From: Candidatus Latescibacterota bacterium
GTDB taxonomy: Bacteria > Latescibacterota > UBA2968
Direction of reading: 5' to 3'
Length of the DNA: 64,000 nt
Assembly (NCBI GenBank): GCA_965198115.1
Contig: OZ240241.1
Span: forward strand, 2,272,001 to 2,336,000
Positions 63,722-64,000 of this stretch are shown here, one piece after another. Below the pieces are notes generated by a model. It was given only the letters and a program-made list of their open reading frames with translations, had not been told where the DNA came from and searched no databases. How positions within the stretch are numbered: position 1 is the stretch's first letter; each line of letters opens with the position of its first letter. The position numbers were made by a program, and so were the translations under genes.

Positions 63722-64000
63722 ATGAAATCCATCTACTTCACCGATATTCACCTCTCCGAGGGTTTCGACTCCGACAAGGGCTTCGAGCGATGTCTCGAAT
63801 CGATGCTGACGCACGATCCGCAGCTGCTAATCAACGGCGGCGATCTTGGCGTGACGCAAGAGGCAATCGACCTATACCACGATTTGACGCAAGATGTCCC
63901 GATTCCCATCCTGCTCAGCAACGGCAACCACGAGATGTGCAGCGGCTATCTCCCCCGCGAAAAGGCCGGGACCGCGCACAGCAGCACCGACGTTGACGGC
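63722..64000 (+). CDS. calcineurin-like metallophosphoesterase (5' part, runs off the window)
   Basis: Manual translation: MKSIYFTDIH...NGGDL...GNHE. Confidence 0.88.
   Translation, partial: MKSIYFTDIHLSEGFDSDKGFERCLESMLTHDPQLLINGGDLGVTQEAIDLYHDLTQDVPIPILLSNGNHEMCSGYLPREKAGTAHSSTDVDG

Overview
A GC-rich (about 60% by eye) bacterial accessory region. Most genes lie on the + strand and encode catabolic or tailoring enzymes. There are 14 PhyH-family Fe(II)/2-oxoglutarate dioxygenase genes, 3 sulfatases, 3 SDRs, 5 GNATs, an amidase, an LLM monooxygenase, an M24 peptidase, a fused E1 alpha/beta dehydrogenase, an ALS-ALDH pair, a beta-propeller hybrid histidine kinase, an ECF sigma/anti-sigma pair, a SET protein and a transglutaminase-like/FN3 protein. 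This content resembles the PhyH- and sulfatase-rich Latescibacterota/Poribacteria-like lineages (inference only). Eight IS elements from six families were mapped with their ends and target duplications: ISL3 x3 (one internally deleted), IS630, IS3-like, ISAzo13, IS1182 and IS256. About 20 genes are broken by frameshifts, single nonsense codons or IS insertions. The main oddities are: three PhyH proteins lacking the Asp of the HxD iron triad (HGS, HGS, HNG), which makes them halogenase candidates; an IS3-like element with a 15-bp target duplication; an IS1182 inserted inside the terminal repeat of an IS256; and several families of short intergenic repeats. No rRNA, tRNA or CRISPR array was seen.
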